Source of the DNA: Geosiphon pyriformis uo1
Taxonomy: Eukaryota; Fungi; Glomeromycota
Assembly (NCBI GenBank): GCA_016748015.1
Contig: JAAOMT010000512.1
Span: 468,719-532,718, forward strand
DNA: 64,000 nucleotides
Direction of reading: 5' to 3'
Part shown: positions 53,844 through 64,000 of the stretch, in pieces
Layout: each line of letters starts with the position of its first letter
Numbering within the stretch: the stretch's first letter is position 1
Position numbers and translations under genes: made by a program
The notes under the pieces: generated by a model
Database searches by the model: none
What the model saw: the letters and a program-made list of their open reading frames with translations, nothing else
Told to the model about the DNA's origin: nothing

Positions 53844-54909
53844 GTAAGCCATTTGTTGTTGCTGTGATGGTAAAAGTTGTTGTTATTGTTAGGGCAGTAC
53901 TGGTAGCAGTTGTTGATTTTGTTGGTTCGGTGGTTGGATGGGCTGGCCAATTGGTTCAACAGGTGGTTGATTGATGATAATAACTGGAAGTAAGTGTTAA
54001 TTAATTACTTCGGGGTTTGGATTGTTTTGATTTGGTGGGGTTTGAATATTCAGAGTATCATTTTCCAAATTGTCTAAATTGGGCTGGGTATGAAAGTTTG
54101 AGGTTTCAATTTCCGGGTTTTCTAGGATCAGATTTTAGTAAATAAATTCTTGATCCTCAGATTATTTTTCCTCTTCTACTTCTTGTTTTTCTTCTGATTT
54201 AGTAATTTCCCAAGGACTCACAATTCTGAAATTCGGGTAAGGTGGCAGTAATCAAAATCCTGATGGCGTTGATAATCAAGATTTAAATTCTTCAAAATAC
54301 TTACTGTATGATCCTAATAGATTCTCTTTTCTTTGTTTACTTTGAAATGGGAAATGTCCAAATGCTGATGTCATATTTGATGTAGACGCGTCTGTTGATA
54401 ATATATTGATAGCACTTCCAGGAGTATAGTGGTAAGATGGGTTGTTTGGGAATTCAACTCTAGTTTTTTTCCAAGTGGGTGGTTGTATCCTTTGAGGTGT
54501 TACTGCTGGTGTTTATAGTTTTTCTTTGCCTTTACTTGTATAAGTAATTGGGTATCTTTGCTGTGTGTGGTGTTCAATTTCTTTGTTGATCTCAGTGATG
54601 ATGGATGTAAAATTGTGATTTGTTGGCAGGTTGGTATTTTGAATTAATTCACTGTAAAAAGTTTCTCTTGCTGATTCAATATTTACAGATGTTCCCAACA
54701 GATAGACAATTCTTTCGTTAACGTAGAAATTGAAAGCTGATTCTGCTGATATGTGATTATGGGTTAATCCCAAATGTTGACAGTAATGTTGAAATAAGAA
54801 TTTCACAAATCCTAAATGGTTTGCTCTGACGTTTTCTGATTCTGCCACTTTTGGATAGGGTTGTTGGTGCTGGTTCTCTGTAAGATTATACTTCACAGAG
54901 AACACCAAA
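53844..54909 (-). pseudogene. Element A pre-Gag/N-terminal region
   Basis: ORF 54513-54908. Removing element B restores MAYT|PITKLDKFNSEEDNAQV across the junction. Confidence 0.8.
54896..54907 (-). promoter_or_regulatory. Primer-binding site of element A (TGGTGTTCTCTG)
   Basis: TGG lies 2 nt after the 5' LTR end; cognate tRNA not identified. Confidence 0.7.
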
Positions 54910-55720
54910 TATTACAGGTGACTACTTCTGGTGTTGGATTAAATAACAAACCTGTAACTTGGTGCTCAAATCTAGTTGCAGTTGATAGTGCTCTGAAGGT
55001 TTTGTATCTGAAGGTTTTGGTTTGAGTTTTTTGTATAATGGACAGAGAATTGCAATTCTGTCAATTTTTCTCTCAGCATAATGGCCAGCAATTCTCTGAT
55101 AAGTATTCCATATCTGCTGTACGTGTCCTATCCTCTTGCAGAAGTCTTTTACCAGGCAATCTTTGACATCAGTAATCTAGTGCTTTATTCAACCAATTAG
55201 TGCACAACAATAAAATAAAAATAAAATAAAAAAAGAAATAAAAAAAAATCATAAATAAGCCAAGACAATTTGCAAGTTAGTATTCCATTAATAGCTATAA
55301 TCAAGAGCTATTGTTCCAGTGTGATTAAATATCAATTACTATCAACATAAAGTGTTGATAGTGGCAGTGGGTTTAAAATAACAAACAGTTATTTATTTGT
55401 GGTTTGGAAAGTTGTTGAGATAAAATCTAAATAGAAAGGTCTGTCTTTTCAGCTTCTAATCCTACTGCTATATATACATAATTAAGATTCTTCAATTTCT
55501 CAATTTTTTACAACAGAAATTTTGTAATTTCTGGAATCCCGCAATTCCTTTGAGAGAAATTCTGGAATTCTGGAATTTTGTGATTCTTTATGAGAATTCT
55601 GTAATTCTTGGAATTCTGCAATTTCTAAGAGGAATCCTGGAATTTCACATTTTACTACATCTACTTTTGATTGGCTAATAACTATGCTAATATATATTCC
55701 CTATATTTCTATGAGTAACA
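54910..55720 (-). repeat. 5' LTR of element A
   Basis: Direct repeat of 35763-36588; one terminus eroded to TATTA; small internal deletion relative to the 3' LTR. Confidence 0.95.
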
Positions 55721-55724
55721 ATGT

Positions 55725-56105
55725 GTTTTTGACTCCTTTTTGTTCATGACTCTGTATAAGGGTTTCGTTTTTAATGATTGGTTTCATGAAACAGTTGTTA
55801 TTTTTCATGACTCCAAGGTTGCTGGTTTGGAGATTGTCAAATTTGTGCACTCTTTTAGTCTTGCTTTTAGGAGTGATGTCTGGTCAGTTTGTGCTAAGCA
55901 TTATGCTTATATAGAGAAGAATGAGTTGATTCTTCTTGATGGCTCAGTTCTCATCTCAGTATCTGGTTTGGCTTTAGAGTTGTTGGCTAGGGTGGTCAAA
56001 TTGCTTGGTGTTGCCAATGCTTTTGGTGTTTGTTTTGGCTTTTGCAAATCTTGTTTGTTTTTTTCAGATGTAAGTGACTCAATTTCAGTTCACATAGCTG
56101 TGTAG
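55725..56105 (+). pseudogene. LINE ORF2, C-terminal part
   Basis: Removing element A and one TSD restores the frame ...QLLSLC|VFDSFLFMTLYKGF...; followed by a 3' UTR and poly(A). Confidence 0.9.
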
Positions 56106-56889
56106 TGTTGTTCTGATCAGCCCGAGTGGCTGGTTATATGTAGAAAGTGCATGATTCACACCTAGTTTAGATCATTTTTTTAATGTATAACTCTAGATAG
56201 TGTTTAGACCTCACTTGTAAAGCAAATAAAAAAAAAATTCTGATTGATTGATTTGCTAAATTGCCTTAATTTTGAATTTAATTCAAATAATCTATTTATT
56301 ACTAGATTAACAACTTGAATATAATTAACTTTTAGCTTAGCTAATTCAAAATTTCTGGTATAAATAACTGTATTTTAAAGAGTATTTAAGTATAATAAAT
56401 ATATTTGTTACAAAAAACTACTATATAGTCCATATATAAACTGATTTAAGATCTGAAGCACCATAAAATAATCAGTATTAATGGCTTGTATTTGGCACAA
56501 ATTTTGATGAAAGTATTCTAAATAGATTATGATTGCTTCTATATTACTCTGTTTAAGAATATTAAAACCAGTTAACAAATAATTAATACTGTTATAATTG
56601 CTAAAATATTATAAGAAGTTATGTTTAAAAGCATTAAAAATTTGCAGCTTATTAACCAAGTTTTAATATCATAAATTGACAATATTCTGAAAAAAATATA
56701 AGATAAATTGAAAAGCTTTGACATTATCTTAGCCATTAATTGCAATAACTTTTATAACATTATTTAGTTATGCTTAAGTATTGTTTTTTTACTAATAAAT
56801 TTTTCTAATTTGATGATTATTATATAGACTATTAATATAAATAATTGTTGTTGTTGTTATTATTGTTGTTGCAGAATAATATTATCTAA

Positions 56890-59800
56890 TTTTACTTATA
56901 AAAAAGTTACAAAAAAGAAATAGAAAAAACAGATTATAAGAATAGATTAGTAGAAAAATAATACTCAACATATAAGCACATTTTTAAAAATGAGCACAGT
57001 TTTAAAAAGTAATGTAAAAAAAAATAAAAATATATAAGATCTTATATAATAAAAAATAAATATATATAACAATAATATTAGAAGTAAAAAAAAACTCAAA
57101 CAAGTTTTTAGTTAATTAACAATAAATATTTATAACATATCTCTTTTTTCAAAAGATAGTTTTTATATCTTAAAGTGAAATCATCCAAATATTAAATAAA
57201 ATCATTGTTTTATCATTTAATTTATGTTATTTTTTTGATTAAATTAAAATTATTATTCTCTAATTCTATAAGTAACTTATATTAATAATATCTGTTACTT
57301 AATTATATTAAACTAATAATTCTTGATTATGATTATTAATGGAATACTAATTTTTTATTTTTTATTTTATTTTATTTTATTTTATTTTTTATTTTTTGTT
57401 TTGTGTTGTGTATTAATTGATTAAATAATTAAGTATTAAAATATTAATATTAAAGATAATCTGATAAAAAATTCATAAAACAAGAATAAAAACTTAAAGA
57501 TAGCTTACCAAAAAAGCATAACTGCCAAATTAAACTGGCTTTTATGCTGAAAAAAGCAATTTAAAAAAACAATTACCAAATAAATTTTTGTTTATTATAC
57601 AAAAAACTCAACTAAAATCTTTAGAAAATACCAACAATATAATTAACTATTAAACATTAAGTTATAAATTGGTTATTTATTTTAACATTCTAAATAATTA
57701 CTTGTAATATTTGGTGTTCTTTATAAGATATAATCTAGCAAAGAACAAAGCACTATTATTAATTATTCCAAAAAGTAATAGATTTAAAAGTTATAAGAGC
57801 AAATTACTTAAAAGTCACAAAATTTTTATTTCAATAATATCACCAATAGTTAGAATTAATTAGCAATTATTTTCTAGCAAAATCAGCCTTCAATTTTTAT
57901 ATTAACAAAAAAATTATATATTTTCTAAAAAAACAAGCAAATTTTGAATTAGCAAGAAAAAATTTTTACAATAAATTATTACAATATACTAACTTATCAC
58001 AAAACTACAATTTTGCTCTAATTTTCATTAAAATAAATTACAAAATTAAAAAATATACTTGGCAAAAGTTTTCAATTACATTTGTAAACAAAGACAAAAA
58101 CAGGATACAAATATTAGCAAGTATACTTAAACCAATACAATTATTTAACTGAAAAAAATACAGAGTTGTTTTCTTATTATATTTATCATACTATTATATA
58201 TCAAGAAATATTATCAACATATCATTAAATTTATGTTATTATTAACAGTAAAACCAATTATCACAAAAGTTTTATTTCAAAGCAATTAGGAAAAATCCAA
58301 ACTGTTAAGAACTTATAACAATTACTTTAAAAGATTTAAGTTGTAATTAACAATACTATTAAAACTTTGATCACTGTTATTTCAATTTAATTTTAGATCT
58401 ACCAGTAATTGAACAAATACCAAGTCAGAAAAAAAAGAAAATAGTAATCAAAAAAATAATAGGCAAAATCCAAACAAATTCAAACAATCTAAATTCTGTT
58501 TTTATTATTAACAACAACTTATCTCCAATCATTTGGATTAACTTTTCAATTATATGAATAGCCACTCCTTAACAATCATTACAACAACTATTAGTTCTAA
58601 TGGCTTATGTTCTAATTGCAAAACTAAAAAATTTATTGGCAAAAAAAATAATGCCCAAGTCTAACTAAACAATATTGCAAAAGTTATTACAGCCAATAGT
58701 TGAAACAATATCAGAACATTTTAAGCTATTTTATATTTTTTTTTAGAATATTATTGACTTGTAATATTAAAGCTTAGTTAATAAGCTTTAAATCTTTGAT
58801 ATATTTAAACAAAATTTTTTATAGTATTTTAGTGATTATAACAGTATTAACTATTTTTTAACAGAATTTATTACTATTAAGTAAGACAATACTAAAGCAG
58901 TTACTATATATTTAGAATACTTTTATAAAAATCTGCATTAAATCTAAGCAATTAACACTAATTATTTTATAATGTCTCAAATCTTAAATTAGTTTATTTA
59001 TAAATTATATAGCAGCTTTTTGTAACAAATATGTCTATTACACCCAAATACATTTTAAAACACAGTTACCTATGTCAAAAATTTTGAATTAGCCAAGCTT
59101 AAAGCCAATTATGCTTAAGCCATAAATCTAATAATAAACAAATTATCTGACTTAGATTTAAAACTAAACCAATTTAGCAAATCAATTAATCAGAAATTAA
59201 AAAAATACTTAATTAATAATACAGCCATCTATTAATTTTCTTAATACTATAATTATTAAAGAAATTTAAATTGGTTTACAAATTAATTATATCTATCATT
59301 ATTATCATTAGTAAATTAATTATAGCAATCAAAAATATATATTTATTACTATTATAAAAAACAAAAACATTTAAAATTAAACTGTTATACAAGATTAAAT
59401 AACTTACAATTGGAAAATTAATATCAAAACCAAATTTTCAGTTTCTAACTTTGAATAATATTCAAAATTAAGTATTATATTAATAACAGCTCTATTATTC
59501 TTAAATAATACAGCCAATATATACATTTCTAATATATTAAGCCCCAATTCCAGTAATTTATTAAGTATTTTAATCTCAAATAATTTATCAACCTTAATAG
59601 CTCAAATACTGCTCCAAAATACTGGACCAATATTAATCAGAAACTAAAAACCAAAGATTATATACACTTAATAAAATTAGAGATTGGTAATAATTATACA
59701 CCAATCAATCTTTAATTTTTTAAACTTATTATCAAGATCATTTTCAAAAAATTCAGAAAATAAGTATGCCCAAAACCCGAATTTACAGAGCTATTTAAGT

Positions 59801-61980
59801 CTTTAACTACTTCAATAAACAACTTTTTCAACAACTAAGAAACTTAGAAAACACTTATTAACAATATTTCATTTACTATTATTATAAAAAATAAATTGCT
59901 TGCTGTAATATTTTTTTTAAACTTAAAAAACAAATAATAACACTTTTTTTCAATAAAACTATTCTTAATACCAAACCAATTACTATCATGTATACTAATA
60001 TTAAAGTTAATAGTTACTATATTAAACTAATTTAATAATAGATTAGCAAACAGTATTATTATATAACAATTCATAAACCAATTAAGTTGCTAAGTTGATT
60101 GAACTGCCAATATTAGAATTATTATTATTAATAAAGTTACTAAGACTTTTATTAGTAAAATTGATAACTTTCTTTTCAAAGTCAATAACATTATAGTATT
60201 AATTAAAATTCTGATAATAAAAGTTATATAATACTAAGTTTTTATTAATAATAACTGGTTTACTAATATCAATACAGTACTTAACTGGAATACTTAGAAA
60301 TTTTAGCTAAACTATAATAGTCAGCAAAATCAAATATTTGCTTTTTATGATTATTTTAAGATTTATTTAAAAGAGCAATTATTAATTAAGTTAAAAAAAA
60401 AGAAAAATTTACTTGAAAAGCATACCAAGTTTTCTAAACCAAAAAAAAACATAACAAGTTGTTACTAATGTCTACATAAAAAAAAAGACAAAAAAAAAAA
60501 AAACAAATCTTAAACCACTATTTTCACAAACAAACCAGTTAACAATTGATATATTCTATACTTAATACTAAAACTAAAAAAACAATCATCTTATATTTTA
60601 CTTAAATATAAGAATTGTAACAAAAAACTTTTATTCATAAAAGTTACTACTATAAAGCTTGTTACTGAAAATATTTTGAATAATCAAAACAACAAAAAAA
60701 GTGGAACAATAAATTTTGCTTAGTTTGTAACAAGATTTTTCTAAACAAAAAAATATAAAACAATATTTTTAGTTAAAAAAAAATGTGTAATAAATTATGT
60801 TAATATATAATTCTCATTAATAACTAAATAAACAAAAAAACACCAATAAATACCATATAGAACAAAGTTTTTTTACAGTTAAACAGTTATCTACACAATA
60901 AAAATAAGATTTAGAAAATAGCAACTACCAAAATTAAAAATATATTTTTTAATAATATCTAAAAAATTAAAAATAATTTACTAGAATCTGTTAAATCTAT
61001 TTTTATTCCAAATTTAAATATTTTTATTAACATTATGAACAATCCAAAACAATTTTATGAACATTATTAAAAGTTGACATTCACTTAAAAAAAACAAAAA
61101 CAGTATTTAGAACAATTAAATACTAGACTTTGTAAATATTGTTTGATTTTTAATGACTTCAAATATTGTGATAAGTGTAATTTTATTTACAATTTACTAC
61201 TGCACATAATCTATTTAATTTTTGAAAAAAAAACCTAATTAGTAGTTGCATTTTAGAATCAGAATTAAAAATCAATTATAATTTAGATTCTAATAATAAT
61301 AATAACAATAGTTCTAATAGTATTAACAATAATAATAACAATGATTCAAACTCTAATTTAAACTTTGAACATTATATTGCACTTTTAAATTTTTCTATGA
61401 AACAAAAACTTAAATAGTTTAATAATAATAATAAAAGTATTATGTTTAAATACACATATAATACTAATACAGAGTTTAATTTTAGATATCTTGGAAAAAA
61501 AACTATCAAATTAGAATTTCACTTATATATCAGTATAATTTTAAAAATAGCACTAAAAATTCTAACAACAACAATAATTTAGTTAGCTTCTAAATTTAGT
61601 TTAGTAAAAAAAAATTAATATTAAAAATAAAATAATTAACATAAAATATGTAGAAAATATTATTGTAATACTATAAAATAAATCAAAAAAAGCCTATACT
61701 ATTGAATTTAATAAAAAAATAGCATAGGCAATATTTCTGTCTTTGATAAAAATAGCTTAATTAGTACCAATAGGAACAAAAAAAGAATTAGAAATAATAA
61801 TAAAAAGGATTAATAAGTTTAAATTAACAGAAAAATAGAAATATTAGTCAATATAACAGAAAAAATAATAATTAATCAAGAAAAAATTATCTTTACCAAT
61901 TAACCAATTTCTATTTTATTATATAATTGATATATATTAAAAATAGCAAAAAAAGTAAAAAACTAACTACAATTTTCAAA
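56890..61980 (+). mobile_element. Gypsy element E (A-related, eroded): 5' LTR, PBS, gag, PR, Cys-rich region, dUTPase; interrupted by LINE F
   Basis: LTR ~56890-57709 ending TGTAATA; PBS TGGTGTTCT at 57712; AKSAFNFYIN matches A AESAFNFYVN; dUTPase remnant TNTEFNFRYLGK at ~61460. Confidence 0.8.
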
Positions 61981-63434
61981 AAAACTCTTTGTCTTCTTAA
62001 TTTTATGACTATAATCAGAGCAAAAAGTAAAAAAACTGCACCTAATATTTTTTTGAGATATCTAATAAAATTTCAACCAAAAGAGCTCTTTTTGTTGTGA
62101 AAACAACTAAACAAAACGTTTTAAAAGCCTTTTTTTTACTTAATAATTGTGAAAAGCTGTCTTAATAATTATTGAAACAACTTTCTTATCTTTGGCTGGT
62201 CTTTTACCAGTTAAAGTTTTTTCAAAAAGACACACTTGGATTAGTCCCAGTGTTGTCTCTATTTCTTCAAAGAGCCCAAAGATTTTTAATAACAAACCAG
62301 TTAACAAGCTGGTCTTTCTATTCATAGCTTTTATATTAGGTGCTGTTAATATTTTTTCTCCAAAAAAAATGGTTAAAAAGACCAAAAGTTTAGAAAAGTA
62401 AGAGCAGTTGCTTGTTTTTGCTATTATTACACCAAACCCCTTTGTGGTTCCATAAAATCTTAGGTAAGATCTCTATAGTATTATTCAGCATATTATCCAA
62501 GATAGGCCAAGATTAACTGTTGACTGTGTTGTCAAATATGGCATCTTTCAGCAAATTATTGCTAGTTTTAAAAGCAAAACAACTATTTCTTATAGAGTCA
62601 TCTGTTTTTAAGAACTGAGCTGATCAAATAAAAACTGAATCATCTTTTTCTCTGGTTTTTGGCATTGTCATTGGTGGTACTTGGGAAATTATTGCTAGTT
62701 ATTAAAGATTTATTGGGTGGGTGGTCTCTACTTTGGTGCCTAATGCTACTTTTAAGATTAAATTGGCTTATGTTAAGGCTGTTTTTCAGTCTGTACATGG
62801 TTTTTTGAGTGTAAAATCAATGTTAAAGAACAATATAAAGCTCTTTTATATAGAGTTTGCTTTTCAAATGTTTTTGAAAGCTGCATTTTTGGTTAAGCTT
62901 ACAAGTTCTGTTTGCTTAGCCACTCTTAAAATTACTAAGTCTTTAGTGATTTCTGAATCTGGTCTCTTTTCTGCTGCTGTTGTGTTGTGTGATGTGTTTT
63001 TGAGTATGTTTACTGCTAACATTAAGACAGTTTTTGGCATATTTAATAATATCACTCATGTTATGCTGAAGTCTGTTGGCATTTGACAATATGTGATTAT
63101 TTATTTTGAAAAGTTAAACTCTGTTGTATCTGCTTTGAATTATTAATTAATTTTGGTAAGCAAAGATAGTGTTAAGATCTTCTCTTTGGTGAATCAAAAT
63201 GAAACTATTTTGTCTTATAATAGGTTTAAGACCAAGTTGGTTAATCTTCTTTCTGACTGTATTGCTTTTAAAATTAATGATATGGTTTTTCAGATTAGTA
63301 ATTGAACATGTTTTATTTCTTATTCTCCTGATTCTGGTTGTTATTTCCAATTTGTTCTGATTATATTTAGATCTTAGATTGACCTAGATGCTGCTATTGT
63401 AAAAACTAGTACACTAAAAAAGTGTCATATTTGG
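61981..63434 (+). mobile_element. Second LINE family (F), ORF1 5' part, pseudogenised (left boundary approximate)
   Basis: ATG at 62005. RRM-like segments (IKTVFGIFNNITHVMLKSVGI*QYVIIYFEK..., TKLVNLLSDCIAFKI) are homologous to ORF1 of the first LINE; same T-rich coding-strand bias. Confidence 0.75.
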
Positions 63435-64000
63435 TATTATACTTAGAAAAAAAAAAATAATACATAATCAAAAAAAAAAAGCACATAATTATAAATTAGC
63501 CAATTAGAATAAAAGAAAAGAAAAGAGGATTTTTTTCAGGAAATTTTGAATGTTTTAGGAAATCCAGAATTATTTAGGAAATCCAAGATATTTCAAAAAA
63601 GTTGAGAATTTTTCAAGAAATCCTGGATGTTTCAGGAAATCAAAAATTTTGCAGGAAATCTAGCAAAGAATTATGTATATATAGCAATAGTATTAAAAGC
63701 AAAAAAAAAACAGACCTTTTAGTTTGGACTTTTCTTCTTATCTATTTACTAATTACTTCAAAGATAGTTCATATCTACTAAAATAAAATAATTAAAAATA
63801 TTAATAAAATACTTGTTTATATCCAATTTATATTGCTATTATTTGATTAAGAAATATTCATCAAACTCTAACTATCAACACTTTATGTTGACAGTTGCTG
63901 ATACTTAATCATACTAAAACAATAGTTCTTAATCACAGTTATTGATGGAATGTTAACTTAATTGTTTTGGCTTAATTTCTTCATTTTTTTTTATTTTCTT
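63435..64000 (+). mobile_element. A-related LTR (G), running off the window end
   Basis: Starts TATTA; ~20-bp TTTCAGGAAATCC repeats at 63530-63660; TATA box ATGTATATATAGCA; core CTATCAACACTTTATGTTGA identical to the A LTR. Confidence 0.8.

Larger units (their letters stand above)
35763..55720 (-). mobile_element. Ty3/Gypsy LTR retrotransposon A (~10.1 kb net), dUTPase-bearing, interrupted by element B
   Basis: LTRs at 35763-36588 and 54910-55720; TSD ATGT at 35759-35762 and 55721-55724; domain order gag-PR-RT-RH-IN. Confidence 0.95.
29319..56237 (+). mobile_element. Full-length APE-type LINE with RNase H (~6.96 kb net), interrupted by Gypsy A
   Basis: TSD TTCTGA at 29313-29318 and 56238-56243; poly(A) at 56228-56237; ORF1 and ORF2 present; element D gag rejoins across the insertion. 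Confidence 0.9.
18453..56889 (-). mobile_element. Gypsy element D (A-related, heavily AT-eroded); host of four solo LTRs, the LINE and element E; 5' LTR not seen in window
   Basis: 3' LTR 18453-19223 followed by PPT remnant. Colinear with element A: ORF3 ~19.25-19.9 kb, IN ~19.9-21.2, RH/RT ~21.2-23.4, dUTPase ~26.0-26.5, Cys-rich/PR ~27.7-28.6, gag 28.6-29.3 resuming at 56244-56889. Confidence 0.8.

Noticed and set aside
29319-56237. RT plus adjacent repeats as a prokaryotic retron, DGR or group II intron system
   Set aside because: The RTs are LINE- and Gypsy-type, with TSDs, LTRs and poly(A); context is eukaryotic.

Overview
Eukaryotic, AT-rich, microsatellite-dense fungal-type DNA. The gene style and repeat families resemble Glomeromycotina/Mucoromycota; this is inference, not a database result. 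Bases 1-16.3 kb carry two host genes (a Sel1-repeat protein and a Pcl/Clg1-type cyclin) and long non-coding DNA with two assembly gaps. Bases ~16.3-64 kb form one nested retroelement island whose main junctions can be resolved from termini and target-site duplications (TSDs). An old, AT-eroded Ty3/Gypsy element (D, minus) holds four solo LTRs, a full-length APE-RT-RNaseH LINE (29319-56237, TSD TTCTGA) and another Gypsy (E). The LINE is split by Gypsy A (35763-55720, TSD ATGT), which is split by Gypsy B (43970-53839, TSD GTGT). E is interrupted by a second LINE family (F), which is interrupted by an LTR. The main candidate novelty is an architecture shared by the divergent Gypsy families A and B. 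It has one long frame (pre-Gag helical domain apparently entered from inside the LTR - Gag - PR - Cys-rich domain - dUTPase - RT - RNase H) ending at a conserved stop, then integrase as a separate ATG-initiated ORF, then a conserved non-Env ~220-aa ORF3 before the PPT, with 4-bp TSDs. All elements are inactivated mainly by C>T/G>A transitions, in a gradient that follows nesting age (RIP-like).
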